DNA from: a virus | Strand: one strand, 5' to 3' | Length of the DNA stretch: 64,000 nt | Virus record (IMG/VR): IMGVR_UViG_3300045988_115755 | Shown: positions 1 to 9,474 of the stretch, in pieces | Layout of the letters: each line of letters begins with the position of its first letter | Position numbering within the stretch: the stretch's first letter is position 1 | Notes under the pieces: generated by a model | What the model was told of the DNA's origin: nothing | Seen by the model: only the letters and a program-made list of their open reading frames with translations | Databases searched by the model: none | Translations under genes and position numbers: made by a program

Positions 1-71
1 TACAAGATGTAAGAAAATTGGTTTTTATAATCCTATTCAATTTGAATTTTAGAAAGCTGGAGGAAAGAATA

Positions 72-782
72 ATGAATAATTTTTATAGAGAATTTAAACC
101 AGGAACAACCGCCGTAAATCTAATTGATATGTACGGTGTCAAGATCGTTGGAAAAATTGGAACATGGGAAAGTAGCTACGTTCCCAAAACTGATGCAATT
201 ACATATCTAAAAATCATTAAGAATGGTACAACGATCTACGATCACAATTTAGATGTCAATCGTTGTGTAAAATATGATGAGTTTGCACCCGATAAGCTGG
301 AGGCGGTTTGCTGGTTGCTTATGGAAAATGTTGACGCAATCGACATTGAAAACATTATGGATAGACTTATTCATAATGAATTATCACTCGATATTCATCA
401 TATGAAAATGTGGAAAGAACAAGAACGCAAAAAGGAAGAACAAAAAGCCTTGCACGAACAAAGAGAACAAAACAAGAAAGAAGGGTGTACCTTACTAGGA
501 AAACATGATCTGTATTTGTTTGACGGCGTGAAAACACCTAACAACGGATACCAAACAATGGTACTCCGATTCCATAATGACAAGTTTAAAGAGTCATTCT
601 TACACGCCTATGAGTTATACAAGAAAGATTCAAGAAATAAAACGGTAGGCGGTTACATGGACTTTTTGATCCAATATCCAAATACGGAGGATGCAAAACA
701 AATTGACATTGTTTACCGTTCTAATGATTTTATGAATTGGAATAATTTAGATGATATGGAAACAATATTGTCATTGGCTTAA
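72..782 (+). CDS. hypothetical protein (early region)
   Basis: ORF 18..782 trimmed to ATG at 72 preceded by GGAGG RBS; acidic/charged, no recognisable motif. Confidence 0.5.
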   Translation: MNNFYREFKPGTTAVNLIDMYGVKIVGKIGTWESSYVPKTDAITYLKIIKNGTTIYDHNLDVNRCVKYDEFAPDKLEAVCWLLMENVDAIDIENIMDRLIHNELSLDIHHMKMWKEQERKKEEQKALHEQREQNKKEGCTLLGKHDLYLFDGVKTPNNGYQTMVLRFHNDKFKESFLHAYELYKKDSRNKTVGGYMDFLIQYPNTEDAKQIDIVYRSNDFMNWNNLDDMETILSLA

Positions 783-798
783 CCAGGAGGAAAACATA

Positions 799-990
799 AT
801 GGAAAATAAGACACAATTACATAAACCAAAACTAACAGAAATAGTCGTTGCGATTGTATGGATTGCGATGGCTATTGTTACGTTTATAAGAATCCCTAGA
901 GCCTTCATACTAGAAGCGTTCTTATTAATGATTACCGCTGTCTATATGCTTGCTTGCATTGGATTTTTTGACGATACAGATACAGAATAG
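799..990 (+). CDS. small membrane protein
   Basis: ATG 799 after AGGAGG RBS; two hydrophobic helices (IVVAIVWIAMAIV / LLMITAVYMLACIGFF). Confidence 0.45.
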   Translation: MENKTQLHKPKLTEIVVAIVWIAMAIVTFIRIPRAFILEAFLLMITAVYMLACIGFFDDTDTE

Positions 991-1008
991 GAAAGAAAGT
1001 AGAACGGC

Positions 1009-1242
1009 ATGACAACGATTGCTATATACAGAAACAAAAGAAATAAAAATAAATATATAGAAGTCCATAACGATGGATATTATCACAATTCCATTAAACA
1101 GTTTATGCAATGGAAGAAAGATCACAACGGGAATCAGCTTGCCAAACCGATTAGAAATGAAACGGGTGATCGAGTCTTACATAGATGGAAAAAAGCAAAC
1201 CTGATGGAGCTACTGGAAGATTATGAACTGATTACGGCATAG
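1009..1242 (+). CDS. hypothetical protein
   Basis: 77-aa ORF, same strand, tightly packed. Confidence 0.4.
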   Translation: MTTIAIYRNKRNKNKYIEVHNDGYYHNSIKQFMQWKKDHNGNQLAKPIRNETGDRVLHRWKKANLMELLEDYELITA

Positions 1243-1256
1243 GAGGATGGAAGATT

Positions 1257-1472
1257 ATGAATCATCGTGCAACGTATCTTATCTATTATGAAGATAAGAA
1301 TGGGTATAGGGATAGCTATGAAGTTTACGGGTATGAACAACTTAGAGAAGCTATGAAGTGGTTACATAGTGATGAGATTAAAGCAACTGATATATCAATC
1401 TATAAGCAGGGAAAAGATTTTGAAAATAATTCTGATGACATTATAGAAGTATATAAAAATTGGTGGAAATAA
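1257..1472 (+). CDS. hypothetical protein
   Basis: ATG after GGAGGATGGAAG RBS. Confidence 0.5.
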   Translation: MNHRATYLIYYEDKNGYRDSYEVYGYEQLREAMKWLHSDEIKATDISIYKQGKDFENNSDDIIEVYKNWWK

Positions 1473-1489
1473 CCAGGAGGAACAATAGA

Positions 1490-1693
1490 ATGGGTAAAAT
1501 TAAAGTCAAAGTAAGCATTTATGATAGAACGGCAGTGCTAGAGTTAATGGAAAATTTCTTTCACGATTGCGGAGAGAATGGGGTATCAGATTTTAAAACG
1601 TGGTGTGAAGATAACGTCACGAAAAGTCAAGAATCTATTGTGGAAAATATCAAAGATGAAGTCAATCGAATTGCGTATGAATTATATGAATAG
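1490..1693 (+). CDS. hypothetical protein
   Basis: ATG 1490 after AGGAGG RBS (ORF 1460..1693 trimmed). Confidence 0.5.
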   Translation: MGKIKVKVSIYDRTAVLELMENFFHDCGENGVSDFKTWCEDNVTKSQESIVENIKDEVNRIAYELYE

Positions 1694-1706
1694 GAGGAAC
1701 GATAGA

Positions 1707-2012
1707 ATGGAAAAGAACTTAAAAGATTTATACTTTGTATCTGTTTATTACAGTTTTGATTGTGATTCACCGCTTTATGTTTTTAGTACAGAAGAAGAAG
1801 CGGTTGCATTTATTAGAAAACAATATCAGCATGAATTAAACATAGAATGTAGAGAATTGGAAATTGATATGAGTGTTTCTGAAAAGGATTATAGCGATTA
1901 TGGATTATTTGTCAATATATCTGATGATGGAAGTTTTGCACGTATTGAACAAGTAAACGATGATTCGTCATTTATTGAATGGAATTTAACAACATTAAGA
2001 AATGATTTATAA
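1707..2012 (+). CDS. hypothetical protein
   Basis: ATG 1707 after TAGGAGG RBS (ORF 1578..2012 trimmed). Confidence 0.5.
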   Translation: MEKNLKDLYFVSVYYSFDCDSPLYVFSTEEEAVAFIRKQYQHELNIECRELEIDMSVSEKDYSDYGLFVNISDDGSFARIEQVNDDSSFIEWNLTTLRNDL

Positions 2013-2029
2013 AAAGGAAGGTACACAAA

Positions 2030-2302
2030 ATGGAAATTTTAAAGATGACAGAATGCAAAACAGTAGTAATTCAGACAATTGAGAAGGAAGAACGAAATAC
2101 TTTTGATATTGGAAAAATCAAAGTATCTGCCTTGCCACCGATTGCAAAACGTGATCTTATCGCAGAACTTAAATGCAAGGGCTTCTGCGATGGAATGATT
2201 CACACGGCATTGCAATGTAGACTGGAAGATCTAAAGGACTATGTGAACGTATGGAAGTATGTGGCGTACATCTTAGCGGTAGAACTGATGGAAAGATTAT
2301 AA
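2030..2302 (+). CDS. hypothetical protein
   Basis: ATG after AAAGGAAGG RBS. Confidence 0.45.
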   Translation: MEILKMTECKTVVIQTIEKEERNTFDIGKIKVSALPPIAKRDLIAELKCKGFCDGMIHTALQCRLEDLKDYVNVWKYVAYILAVELMERL

Positions 2303-2319
2303 GAAGGGAGTTGGAAATT

Positions 2320-2508
2320 ATGATAACAAGAAATACATATCCCGATGGTAGAACGGAAATTTTTTGTGATACACCCGATGAATATAATGATTTATGCTGT
2401 GAGTTTGATCTTGAAGATTGCGGAGCAAGTGGAAAATATTATGGATCTAGTTGGAGCCACGATGATAAGAACAATGTAGATGTTTATTTTAAATATAAAG
2501 AAGAATAG
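2320..2508 (+). CDS. hypothetical protein
   Basis: ATG 2320 after AAGGGAG RBS. Confidence 0.45.
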   Translation: MITRNTYPDGRTEIFCDTPDEYNDLCCEFDLEDCGASGKYYGSSWSHDDKNNVDVYFKYKEE

Positions 2509-2524
2509 AAAGTAGGTGGAAAAA

Positions 2525-2779
2525 ATGAGTCGCAGAACGACAATGATAGCACTTGTGTGCCACGTAGAACGCAAGTATAACACGTTATACTTTACGGAAA
2601 ATCCGCCAAACGCTGGAATTGACGATGATTTGTTTGGCTACAAATATTTCTTGCTATTCAAGAACACGTTCGGAATTTTTCGGAAATACAGAACGCAAGA
2701 AGAAGCAGTCAACGACATGACGGAAATTTTAAAAGAAGATCCAGCTAATCTATTCAACTTCTCTGTATGCCGTACATAG
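2525..2779 (+). CDS. hypothetical protein
   Basis: ATG 2525 after AGGTGGA RBS. Confidence 0.45.
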   Translation: MSRRTTMIALVCHVERKYNTLYFTENPPNAGIDDDLFGYKYFLLFKNTFGIFRKYRTQEEAVNDMTEILKEDPANLFNFSVCRT

Positions 2780-2935
2780 TTTATTACATAGCCAATTAAA
2801 GGCTTTTACTGTCTGTAATGAAGCAGACTACACCATAACGGAAAGACTCGACTATTGAAGCTAATAGTTACTTTATATGAACGGAAAGACTGTACTACTG
2901 GTTGATGGTAGTGACGTATTGGAACGGGAAAACGG

Positions 2936-2979
2936 TGGCGTATGGTAATTTGTGATAGGTTCGATTCCTATCCCGTCAC
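2936..2979 (+). other. tRNA-like structured element A (GTGGCGTATGGTA box + T-arm-like hairpin GATAGG-TTCGATT-CCTATC + CCGTCAC tail)
   Basis: perfect 6-bp stem with 7-nt TTCRATT loop matching tRNA T-loop consensus; no convincing D/anticodon arms. Confidence 0.3.
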
Positions 2980-3027
2980 TTTATGGAAAATATAAATCAA
3001 AAGAATAAAGAAAGAAGGCACTTAATT

Positions 3028-3687
3028 ATGGGAAATCGTGCAATTATTAAAGGAAAGAACCAGGCGTTAGGCGTATATGTGCATTGGAATTGTGGTTATG
3101 ATTCTGTAAATGCTTTTTGTACATATTGTAAATTAAAAGGATACAGAAGTCCAGAAACTGATAGCTACGGAATTGCTAGGCTTGCACAAGTGATTGGAAA
3201 TTTCTTTGGCGGTAATGTTTCAGTAGGAATTGAGATCGTTGACAATAATCCGACACCCAAACAAGTTGAGGAATTATGGCTTGATAATGGAATCTATGAG
3301 ATTGAAGGTTGGAAAATTGTTAACCATATGAATCCTGATATAGTTATCAAAGAAGATCATGAGGAATATGACTTAATGGAATTTTTAGAAACCATTGACG
3401 AAAATATGCCGACTAAAGAACAGTTAGGAAAAGAATTCTTACATTCAGAAGAAATGAACGTCACGGATTTAAAAGTCGGTGACGTTGTTTATTATTGGAA
3501 TGAATTGTATGGAAAATATGAAAGACATACCGTTATAGGAATTGCAGAAGGCGAAACCATTAGAAACGGACATAATATGGATGGAATTCCATATATTGAT
3601 TTATACGAAAATAATGGATCATATGATGGAAATCCTAACAATTACTTAGCTTATCAGAAAACAATTAGAGTATGTAAAGAAAAGTAA
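3028..3687 (+). CDS. hypothetical protein
   Basis: ATG 3028 (ORF 2983..3687 trimmed), flanked on both sides by tRNA-like elements. Confidence 0.5.
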   Translation: MGNRAIIKGKNQALGVYVHWNCGYDSVNAFCTYCKLKGYRSPETDSYGIARLAQVIGNFFGGNVSVGIEIVDNNPTPKQVEELWLDNGIYEIEGWKIVNHMNPDIVIKEDHEEYDLMEFLETIDENMPTKEQLGKEFLHSEEMNVTDLKVGDVVYYWNELYGKYERHTVIGIAEGETIRNGHNMDGIPYIDLYENNGSYDGNPNNYLAYQKTIRVCKEK

Positions 3688-3694
3688 TTTATAG

Positions 3695-3752
3695 TGGCGT
3701 ATGGTAGATAAAAGAGTGCTTTTATCGGTGGGTTCAATTCCCACCTCGTTAC
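3695..3752 (+). other. tRNA-like structured element B (GTGGCGTATGGTA box + 8-bp hairpin + T-arm-like hairpin GGTGGG-TTCAATT-CCCACC)
   Basis: shares 13-nt box and T-loop-like hairpin with element A. Confidence 0.3.
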
Positions 3753-3781
3753 TTCACACGATTGAAATTATCGTGTATAAT
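3753..3781 (+). promoter_or_regulatory. sigma70-type promoter (TTCACA-17-TGTATAAT)
   Basis: -35 TTCACA 3753-3758, 17-nt spacer, extended -10 TGTATAAT ending 3781. Confidence 0.5.
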
Positions 3782-3835
3782 ATAAGAGAACAGTTAATAT
3801 TTTAAAGTCCTAAATAGGCAGAAAGGCTGGAAATT

Positions 3836-4555
3836 ATGTACGAATTTAAAGAAATGATCTTGCCAGAACATTTTAACCATGCTTCATACGCTGGATTTTG
3901 CGTGAAGCCTGGAATGTTTTATGGAGTAGAAAAAGAAAGTGGAAAATTAGTTGCTACAACGGGCTGGAATATAAATGGATCAACAAACATTTACATACAG
4001 CATGAACCAAAATCAAAATGGAATAACGACTTATGGGAAGATCTTTACGATGACTACGGAAAACCTTTAATCACGATTGAAGAGAATGACTTGAAGCGGA
4101 TCAGTGATAAGGTTAAAGATTTTCAGAAAACGGCAATGGATTTTGAAACGTGGGCAAATGTAAACGGATATACCGACGAATACTATGAAGATCTCACTAG
4201 AGAAGAAATGGATCAGATAGAATCAGCTTATGAATGGTATTACTTTATGGAATATCCAGAATTTGTGATCCAGCTTTTAAAAGAACTCTGGGCTATGGAA
4301 AAAAATGTTGAAATTTTAATGGAAGATGGCTGTACTAGAAAAGAAGCAGAAAAGCATTTAAACAATGGCACAGTTGTTTATACATTAGAAGATTTTACAG
4401 AAAATTTTGAATTTATGAAAAATTTTCATGAAGATGCAGATGAAATTGAAGCTGATAAGAAAATTAAGAAGATGTTGGAAACAAAAATTCCAATGGATGG
4501 GTATAGTTTTGTAAAGTACGATGGAAAAGAATGGTTAATTAGTTATTGTTTATAG
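3836..4555 (+). CDS. hypothetical protein
   Basis: 239-aa ORF with RBS GGCTGGAAATT-ATG. Confidence 0.55.
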   Translation: MYEFKEMILPEHFNHASYAGFCVKPGMFYGVEKESGKLVATTGWNINGSTNIYIQHEPKSKWNNDLWEDLYDDYGKPLITIEENDLKRISDKVKDFQKTAMDFETWANVNGYTDEYYEDLTREEMDQIESAYEWYYFMEYPEFVIQLLKELWAMEKNVEILMEDGCTRKEAEKHLNNGTVVYTLEDFTENFEFMKNFHEDADEIEADKKIKKMLETKIPMDGYSFVKYDGKEWLISYCL

Positions 4556-4573
4556 AATAAGGTGGTGGAAATT

Positions 4574-4906
4574 ATGAAATCATATAAAGAATACGAGAAA
4601 GTATTTATCGGAGACAGCGACATTGCAGCATTAACTTTTGTTGGAATAACAAAGAACGGATTAGAAGCAAAGATTTTAGACTTTGGTTGTGATGGAAGAT
4701 ATAATGCTTATATCGTGGACGAGAACGCAACGATCGGAGATCACTATACATTAGAGATGGAATATGAAACATCATCAGGCTTCAAGGCATGGCTTAAGAT
4801 TTATGACGATGAAGGATTGACAGCAGATTATAGGGCGGATCAGATTAGAGTATATCGTGCTGGAGATTTTGGCTGTATCATCCAGCTTATTGGGGAAAAA
4901 GAATAA
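4574..4906 (+). CDS. hypothetical protein
   Basis: ATG 4574 after GGTGGTGGAAATT. Confidence 0.5.
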   Translation: MKSYKEYEKVFIGDSDIAALTFVGITKNGLEAKILDFGCDGRYNAYIVDENATIGDHYTLEMEYETSSGFKAWLKIYDDEGLTADYRADQIRVYRAGDFGCIIQLIGEKE

Positions 4907-4938
4907 CGGAAAATTTAATACAAGAACAAAGTAATCTA

Positions 4939-4969
4939 GGAAGATGCAGAGATGTATCTTCCTTTTTTG
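4939..4969 (+). terminator. rho-independent terminator
   Basis: GGAAGAT...ATCTTCC hairpin followed by TTTTTT. Confidence 0.55.
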
Positions 4970-5013
4970 ATGGAAAATAAAATGCAGATTTAACGGAAAG
5001 TGAGAAATAGATT

Positions 5014-5346
5014 ATGTTAGATTTTACAAAAATTACATTTAACGAATTGGATGTTACAGATAAACCTTATCAGGTATTTTATGGTTACGAGTTAGATCAA
5101 AACGGAATTGATGATTTACTAAGAATATATGCAGATGATAAAGATATTCCAGAAGATGCTATTGTTCAAAATATTGAACTATGCTTGACGCTTTATTCAA
5201 GACATGATTGTAAATTAGAAGCATGTTGTACAGATATAAACAATAAGCAATATTGGATTGAATTGATTTTTCGGCTTACAAATTGTGATGAATTTATTGA
5301 GATAATACCTGAATGTGAAAGAATAAAAATCAAAAAGAGTTTATAG
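5014..5346 (+). CDS. hypothetical protein
   Basis: 110-aa ORF. Confidence 0.5.
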   Translation: MLDFTKITFNELDVTDKPYQVFYGYELDQNGIDDLLRIYADDKDIPEDAIVQNIELCLTLYSRHDCKLEACCTDINNKQYWIELIFRLTNCDEFIEIIPECERIKIKKSL

Positions 5347-5493
5347 AAGAATAGGAGAATGGAAATTATGAACAAATATAGAGATTATTATAGTGCAATC
5401 GTGAAAACAGAGAACGGACTGGATATTGATGTAGTGGAATTAGTTAACTGTGAGCTAGAATGACAGCAAGGTGGAAAACAGCCGATTGTCGGA

Positions 5494-5805
5494 ATGATTG
5501 CAAGTGACATTATTAATGAATTTAAGAAACATAAATTTACATGGCGTGACGTTGTAGAAATTAACGGAAAATGTTATGCAGAAGAATTTAGTATTAGCGG
5601 TATCATGGAAAATCCTGATACGTATATACTTGATGATTTTTACACATCGGTTGCTGAAAAACACAATGTAGATCTTACAAAAGAAGAGATTAAAACTTAC
5701 ATGATGGACAACATCTGCTTTGATCCTACTGAATTAGAATTCGGAGCAGAAGATTGCGGATGTTATATTGATGGACAGCCTGAATGGTTTGAGGAAGAAG
5801 AATAG
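5494..5805 (+). CDS. hypothetical acidic protein
   Basis: 103-aa ORF. Confidence 0.45.
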   Translation: MIASDIINEFKKHKFTWRDVVEINGKCYAEEFSISGIMENPDTYILDDFYTSVAEKHNVDLTKEEIKTYMMDNICFDPTELEFGAEDCGCYIDGQPEWFEEEE

Positions 5806-5995
5806 AAAACTCGGAGTTCTAATGTCCGAAAAATGGACTTTAAAAGAACGAAATTCGTCCTTTATGGGAAAGATTTTCCATTAATTGCAAGGGTTTTGTA
5901 TCAACGAAATTCGTCGGAACAAACGCAGCCCGAAAAAACGGACAACAATGGAAAATAAAAGAAACATTTGAAAGAAAGATATGAGGTATATAGAT

Positions 5996-7144
5996 ATGAA
6001 ATTTACATTAAATACAAAGGATTTTAAAGAAGTGATAAGCAAACTGGAAAAAACAATTAAGAATAGTGTAACAGATGATTGCATTGTATTTATGGGTGGA
6101 AATGTTGTGACATTTATTGCAAATACAGCAGATGCACGAATGGTTATCGTAAAAGACAGTGTTTGTGATGATATTGGAAAATTCGTTGTACCATTTGCTA
6201 AATTAAAACAAATATCAAAATTGAAAGCAAAAGATTTTACTTTTGATTTTCACAAACACGATGGAAAACTTATCGTAAAAGCCGATAAGAAAGTGCAGAG
6301 TATTATAGGATCAGAAGTCAACGTGATCTACAATGGACTGAAAAAATTACAACACGTTGCCATTATTCCAGGAAATGATCTTTTTGAGATGATGGAAAAA
6401 CTTTCATTATTTAATAAAGAGTTGTCAGATGCAAAACCACTTATGAATTGCTTTAATTTGAATATTGGAAACAAAACAATGACTGTGCTTGATGGATATA
6501 GAATTATTCAAAAAGATTTATCTGAATATATGTTTGGAGATACAACACTTACGGAAATTAATATCCCATTGAAAGCATATACAATGCTTAAAAATTCATT
6601 AAAGGGGAATAAGAATAACATAGAGATTCAAGCCAATCAAGATTATGTACAGTTTACTGGAAATGATTTTACTTTCTTTATTGAAATGGTAGATGGAGAA
6701 TATTTTGATGTAGATGGAATTTTAAAAGGGATTGAACCGACTGGATCAGTAGAGCTTGTAACAAAAGAATTAATGGAAATTACAAAGTATAATGTAAATC
6801 ATGTTAAAGGTTCAAGATTTCCAATGCTTCTACATAATAAAGAAAACAAATTAGTATCTTATTGTGAGAACAAACATAATGAGTCATCAATGGATTTTCT
6901 CGACACAAAGAACAATGAATTATCAGAAAATTTTGTGATTGGATTCGATCCGAACTTTGTATTAGATGCTTTAAAAGTTATTCAAAATGATACGTTTACA
7001 CTGGAAGTTATGAGTGATAAAGCACCATGTAAAATTATTGATAATGGATATACGATTGTACTTCTTCCAGTGAATATTAATATGATTGACAAATTTAATG
7101 AGGTATTAGAAAACATCAAAACTTTAAAACAGTCAATGGAATAA
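5996..7144 (+). CDS. DNA polymerase sliding clamp (DnaN/beta-clamp-like)
   Basis: about 380 aa, N-terminus MKFTLNTKDFKEVISKLEKTI and TFIANTADARMVIV resemble DnaN domain I; three-domain length; ATG 5996 after GAGGT. Confidence 0.5.
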   Translation: MKFTLNTKDFKEVISKLEKTIKNSVTDDCIVFMGGNVVTFIANTADARMVIVKDSVCDDIGKFVVPFAKLKQISKLKAKDFTFDFHKHDGKLIVKADKKVQSIIGSEVNVIYNGLKKLQHVAIIPGNDLFEMMEKLSLFNKELSDAKPLMNCFNLNIGNKTMTVLDGYRIIQKDLSEYMFGDTTLTEINIPLKAYTMLKNSLKGNKNNIEIQANQDYVQFTGNDFTFFIEMVDGEYFDVDGILKGIEPTGSVELVTKELMEITKYNVNHVKGSRFPMLLHNKENKLVSYCENKHNESSMDFLDTKNNELSENFVIGFDPNFVLDALKVIQNDTFTLEVMSDKAPCKIIDNGYTIVLLPVNINMIDKFNEVLENIKTLKQSME

Positions 7145-7152
7145 ATTAGTGT

Positions 7153-7183
7153 AAAGCGGCATCTACATTGGTGCCGCTTTTTG
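7153..7183 (+). terminator. rho-independent terminator
   Basis: AAAGCGGC...GCCGCTTT hairpin + TTTT. Confidence 0.55.
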
Positions 7184-7224
7184 AGTTAAAAGAAAAGTTT
7201 TATCGCAGAATAGGAGTGGAAATT

Positions 7225-7521
7225 ATGATGATTTATGAATTAGAAAGACCAGATATTGATTGTATTATTGATTGTTGTGAGAAATTAGAAGCAGAAGAAA
7301 AATTAAAAGTTCTTTATTTTGGAGAAAAAGCCAATCTTATATTATACATCCACAAAGATGTGGATTATTGCAGAGCAACCGATGAGTTTAATTTGGTAAC
7401 TTGTTCTACTTACAAAGACGGAAAAATCGTAGATAGTACGGATGATATTCATGTTACCGACGGTTCATTATACAGAGAACTCGATCGAATTTATCACAAT
7501 GATTTTAGAAAGTTTATTTAA
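7225..7521 (+). CDS. hypothetical protein
   Basis: ATG 7225 after AGGAGTGGAAATT. Confidence 0.45.
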   Translation: MMIYELERPDIDCIIDCCEKLEAEEKLKVLYFGEKANLILYIHKDVDYCRATDEFNLVTCSTYKDGKIVDSTDDIHVTDGSLYRELDRIYHNDFRKFI

Positions 7522-7539
7522 AAATAGGAGAGTAAGATT

Positions 7540-7881
7540 ATGAATACAGAAACAAAACAGGAAATTATCGCAATTAAGAAGAATGGAGGAAATATTATGA
7601 CATTGAAAGAAATGATTTTTAAAGGATTGTGTGATGGAACAGTGGAAATTATCAATAATTCAAATGATGATTGTATTGCTTGCCAGATTGGAGAATTTTG
7701 GTTTTACTTTATTGGAAGCGAAGATGAAGATTTAACATCTGATGAAGTGTATGAATCATATACTAAAGAAGAACTTGCAGAAATGATTTATTCAACACTG
7801 CGTGATATGGCAAATAATGGATTTGATGAAGTTGAATATTATAAGGCGTTTTTGGAAAAGAAATACATGAATAAACGATAA
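7540..7881 (+). CDS. hypothetical protein
   Basis: RBS TAGGAGAG. Confidence 0.45.
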   Translation: MNTETKQEIIAIKKNGGNIMTLKEMIFKGLCDGTVEIINNSNDDCIACQIGEFWFYFIGSEDEDLTSDEVYESYTKEELAEMIYSTLRDMANNGFDEVEYYKAFLEKKYMNKR

Positions 7882-7908
7882 CTTAATTAGATAGGAGAGT
7901 GATTAGTT

Positions 7909-8142
7909 ATGGAAAATAATGAAACAAAAAGAATCGCAAACATCTTATTTAATATGTCTTTAGGAATGGACTATAACACGTTTGTAGATGATTATAAAGA
8001 AGATATGGAAATGTTGACTGAAAGCATTGGAAAATTATCTAAGGCAGATGATCCGCTGTTCCATGTATTACAGAATATTGCAGATGATAATGCAGAAATG
8101 GAAAACAAACTTGTCAACGCAGATGGATCTATTTGCAGATAG
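7909..8142 (+). CDS. hypothetical protein
   Basis: RBS TAGGAGAG. Confidence 0.45.
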   Translation: MENNETKRIANILFNMSLGMDYNTFVDDYKEDMEMLTESIGKLSKADDPLFHVLQNIADDNAEMENKLVNADGSICR

Positions 8143-8154
8143 GAGATGGAAATT

Positions 8155-8436
8155 ATGAATGATAAAAAATACGTTACAGAAATTATGATGGCAATAAGAA
8201 TTAAATATAGACAGTCATCTTACAATTTATCTGATTTAACTAAAAAGTTGGAAAATGTTAATTTGGAGTTGATGCAAGCAGAAAACTATACAAAAGAAAT
8301 GTCATACAAACAGTATAAAAGATTAAAAGAAGAAGCAGAAGAATTAACAGAAGCAATTCGTATTGGAACGATTGCCCGTAATGTTTGGGATGACGCAAGA
8401 AAAGTTTGTATGAATGTTGTTGATGATGAAAATTAA
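8155..8436 (+). CDS. hypothetical protein
   Basis: ATG 8155 after AGGAGATGGAAATT. Confidence 0.45.
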   Translation: MNDKKYVTEIMMAIRIKYRQSSYNLSDLTKKLENVNLELMQAENYTKEMSYKQYKRLKEEAEELTEAIRIGTIARNVWDDARKVCMNVVDDEN

Positions 8437-8485
8437 ATGTCAATTTTATTAAAATAATATTGTGTAAAAAGTGTGTAAAATATTA

Positions 8486-8513
8486 TTGACAGTGTGTAGA
8501 TATTGTGTATAAT
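8486..8513 (+). promoter_or_regulatory. consensus sigma70 promoter (TTGACA-16-TATAAT)
   Basis: TTGACA 8486-8491, TATAAT 8508-8513, followed by RBS AAAGGAG and hicA. Confidence 0.6.
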
Positions 8514-8538
8514 ATAAGTAAGTAAAGGAGACAATACA

Positions 8539-8712
8539 ATGAAGCAGAAAGATTTAATCAAGAAGCTCAAAGCAGGCGGATTTGTCTTTGACAGACATGG
8601 CGGTAACCATGATATCTACATCAAAGGAAACAAAGTTGAATCAGTTCCACGGCACAAGGAAGTTGATGAAAGACTTGCTAAAGAGATTCTAAGAAGGAAC
8701 GGGCTGTTATAA
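8539..8712 (+). CDS. hicA: HicA-family mRNA interferase toxin (57 aa; below ORF-track cutoff)
   Basis: MKQKDLIKKLKAGGFVFDRHGGNHDIYIKGNKVESVPRHKEVDERLAKEILRRNGLL, the canonical YcfA/HicA fold signature (GG..H). Confidence 0.75.
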   Translation: MKQKDLIKKLKAGGFVFDRHGGNHDIYIKGNKVESVPRHKEVDERLAKEILRRNGLL

Positions 8713-8770
8713 TACAGCCTGCCCTTGGGAAATCTTGTTTGCAATCATATATAAGAATAGAGGTGAAAAT

Positions 8771-9205
8771 ATGAAAGCAGTATATCCTGTACTATTTACA
8801 AAAACCGATGACGGAAAATATTTAATTGAGGCACCAGATTTAAATGTATTAACGGAAGGAAAAGATATGTCGGATGCTATTAAAATGGCACGAGACGCAA
8901 TGGAATTAACTTGTGTTTCTATGGAAGATAGAGAGGTGGAAATTCCTAAACCAACAAATATTACAGATATCGATATTGCGAAAAGCACATTTTTTGATGA
9001 AGGAGAAACTATTGTTTCATTGGTTGATATTGATTCAACAGAATATCGAAGAAAAATTGATACAAAATCTGTAAGAAGAAATGTTGCATTACCTAGTTGG
9101 TTAAATTATGAAGCAGAACATTCTGGAATTAATGTTTCTAAAGTGTTACAAGATGCACTTATTCAAGTATTGAATGTTACTGATAGACCAAATTATAATA
9201 AATAA
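8771..9205 (+). CDS. hicB: HicB-family antitoxin (UPF0150/RNase H-like fold N-domain)
   Basis: immediately downstream of hicA; MKAVYPVLFTKTDDGKYLIEAPDLNVLTEGKDMSDAIKMARDAM matches HicB N-terminal domain; ATG 8771 after AGAGGTG. Confidence 0.6.
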   Translation: MKAVYPVLFTKTDDGKYLIEAPDLNVLTEGKDMSDAIKMARDAMELTCVSMEDREVEIPKPTNITDIDIAKSTFFDEGETIVSLVDIDSTEYRRKIDTKSVRRNVALPSWLNYEAEHSGINVSKVLQDALIQVLNVTDRPNYNK

Positions 9206-9236
9206 TATATATAAAAACGATTAATTTATTGTCAAT

Positions 9237-9263
9237 AGGCACTTTTAATAGTGCCTATTTTTT
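9237..9263 (+). terminator. rho-independent terminator after hicB
   Basis: TAGGCACT...AGTGCCTA hairpin + TTTTTT. Confidence 0.45.
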
Positions 9264-9282
9264 AGCAAAGGAGAGTAAAATT

Positions 9283-9453
9283 ATGCCATTGGTTTTATTA
9301 TTAATAATTATATTTATCGTTCCAGAGGATAGTTTGGAATATATGTTAGGAGCTATCTTAGGTGGTGGCTATGGAATTTTAATGGTTATAGCATTTGTTG
9401 CTATTCTGTATGGAATTTATAAGTTCTTTTCCGATCTTTGGAACGGAAGATAA
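9283..9453 (+). CDS. small membrane protein
   Basis: ATG 9283 after AAAGGAGAG; two TM helices. Confidence 0.4.
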   Translation: MPLVLLLIIIFIVPEDSLEYMLGAILGGGYGILMVIAFVAILYGIYKFFSDLWNGR

Positions 9454-9474
9454 AAAATTAATATAGGCAACTAG

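Noticed and set aside
2936-3752. Calling elements A and B bona fide tRNA genes
   Set aside because: Only the T-arm and a partial acceptor can be drawn. No D-arm or anticodon stem has acceptable pairing. They are reported as tRNA-like elements only.
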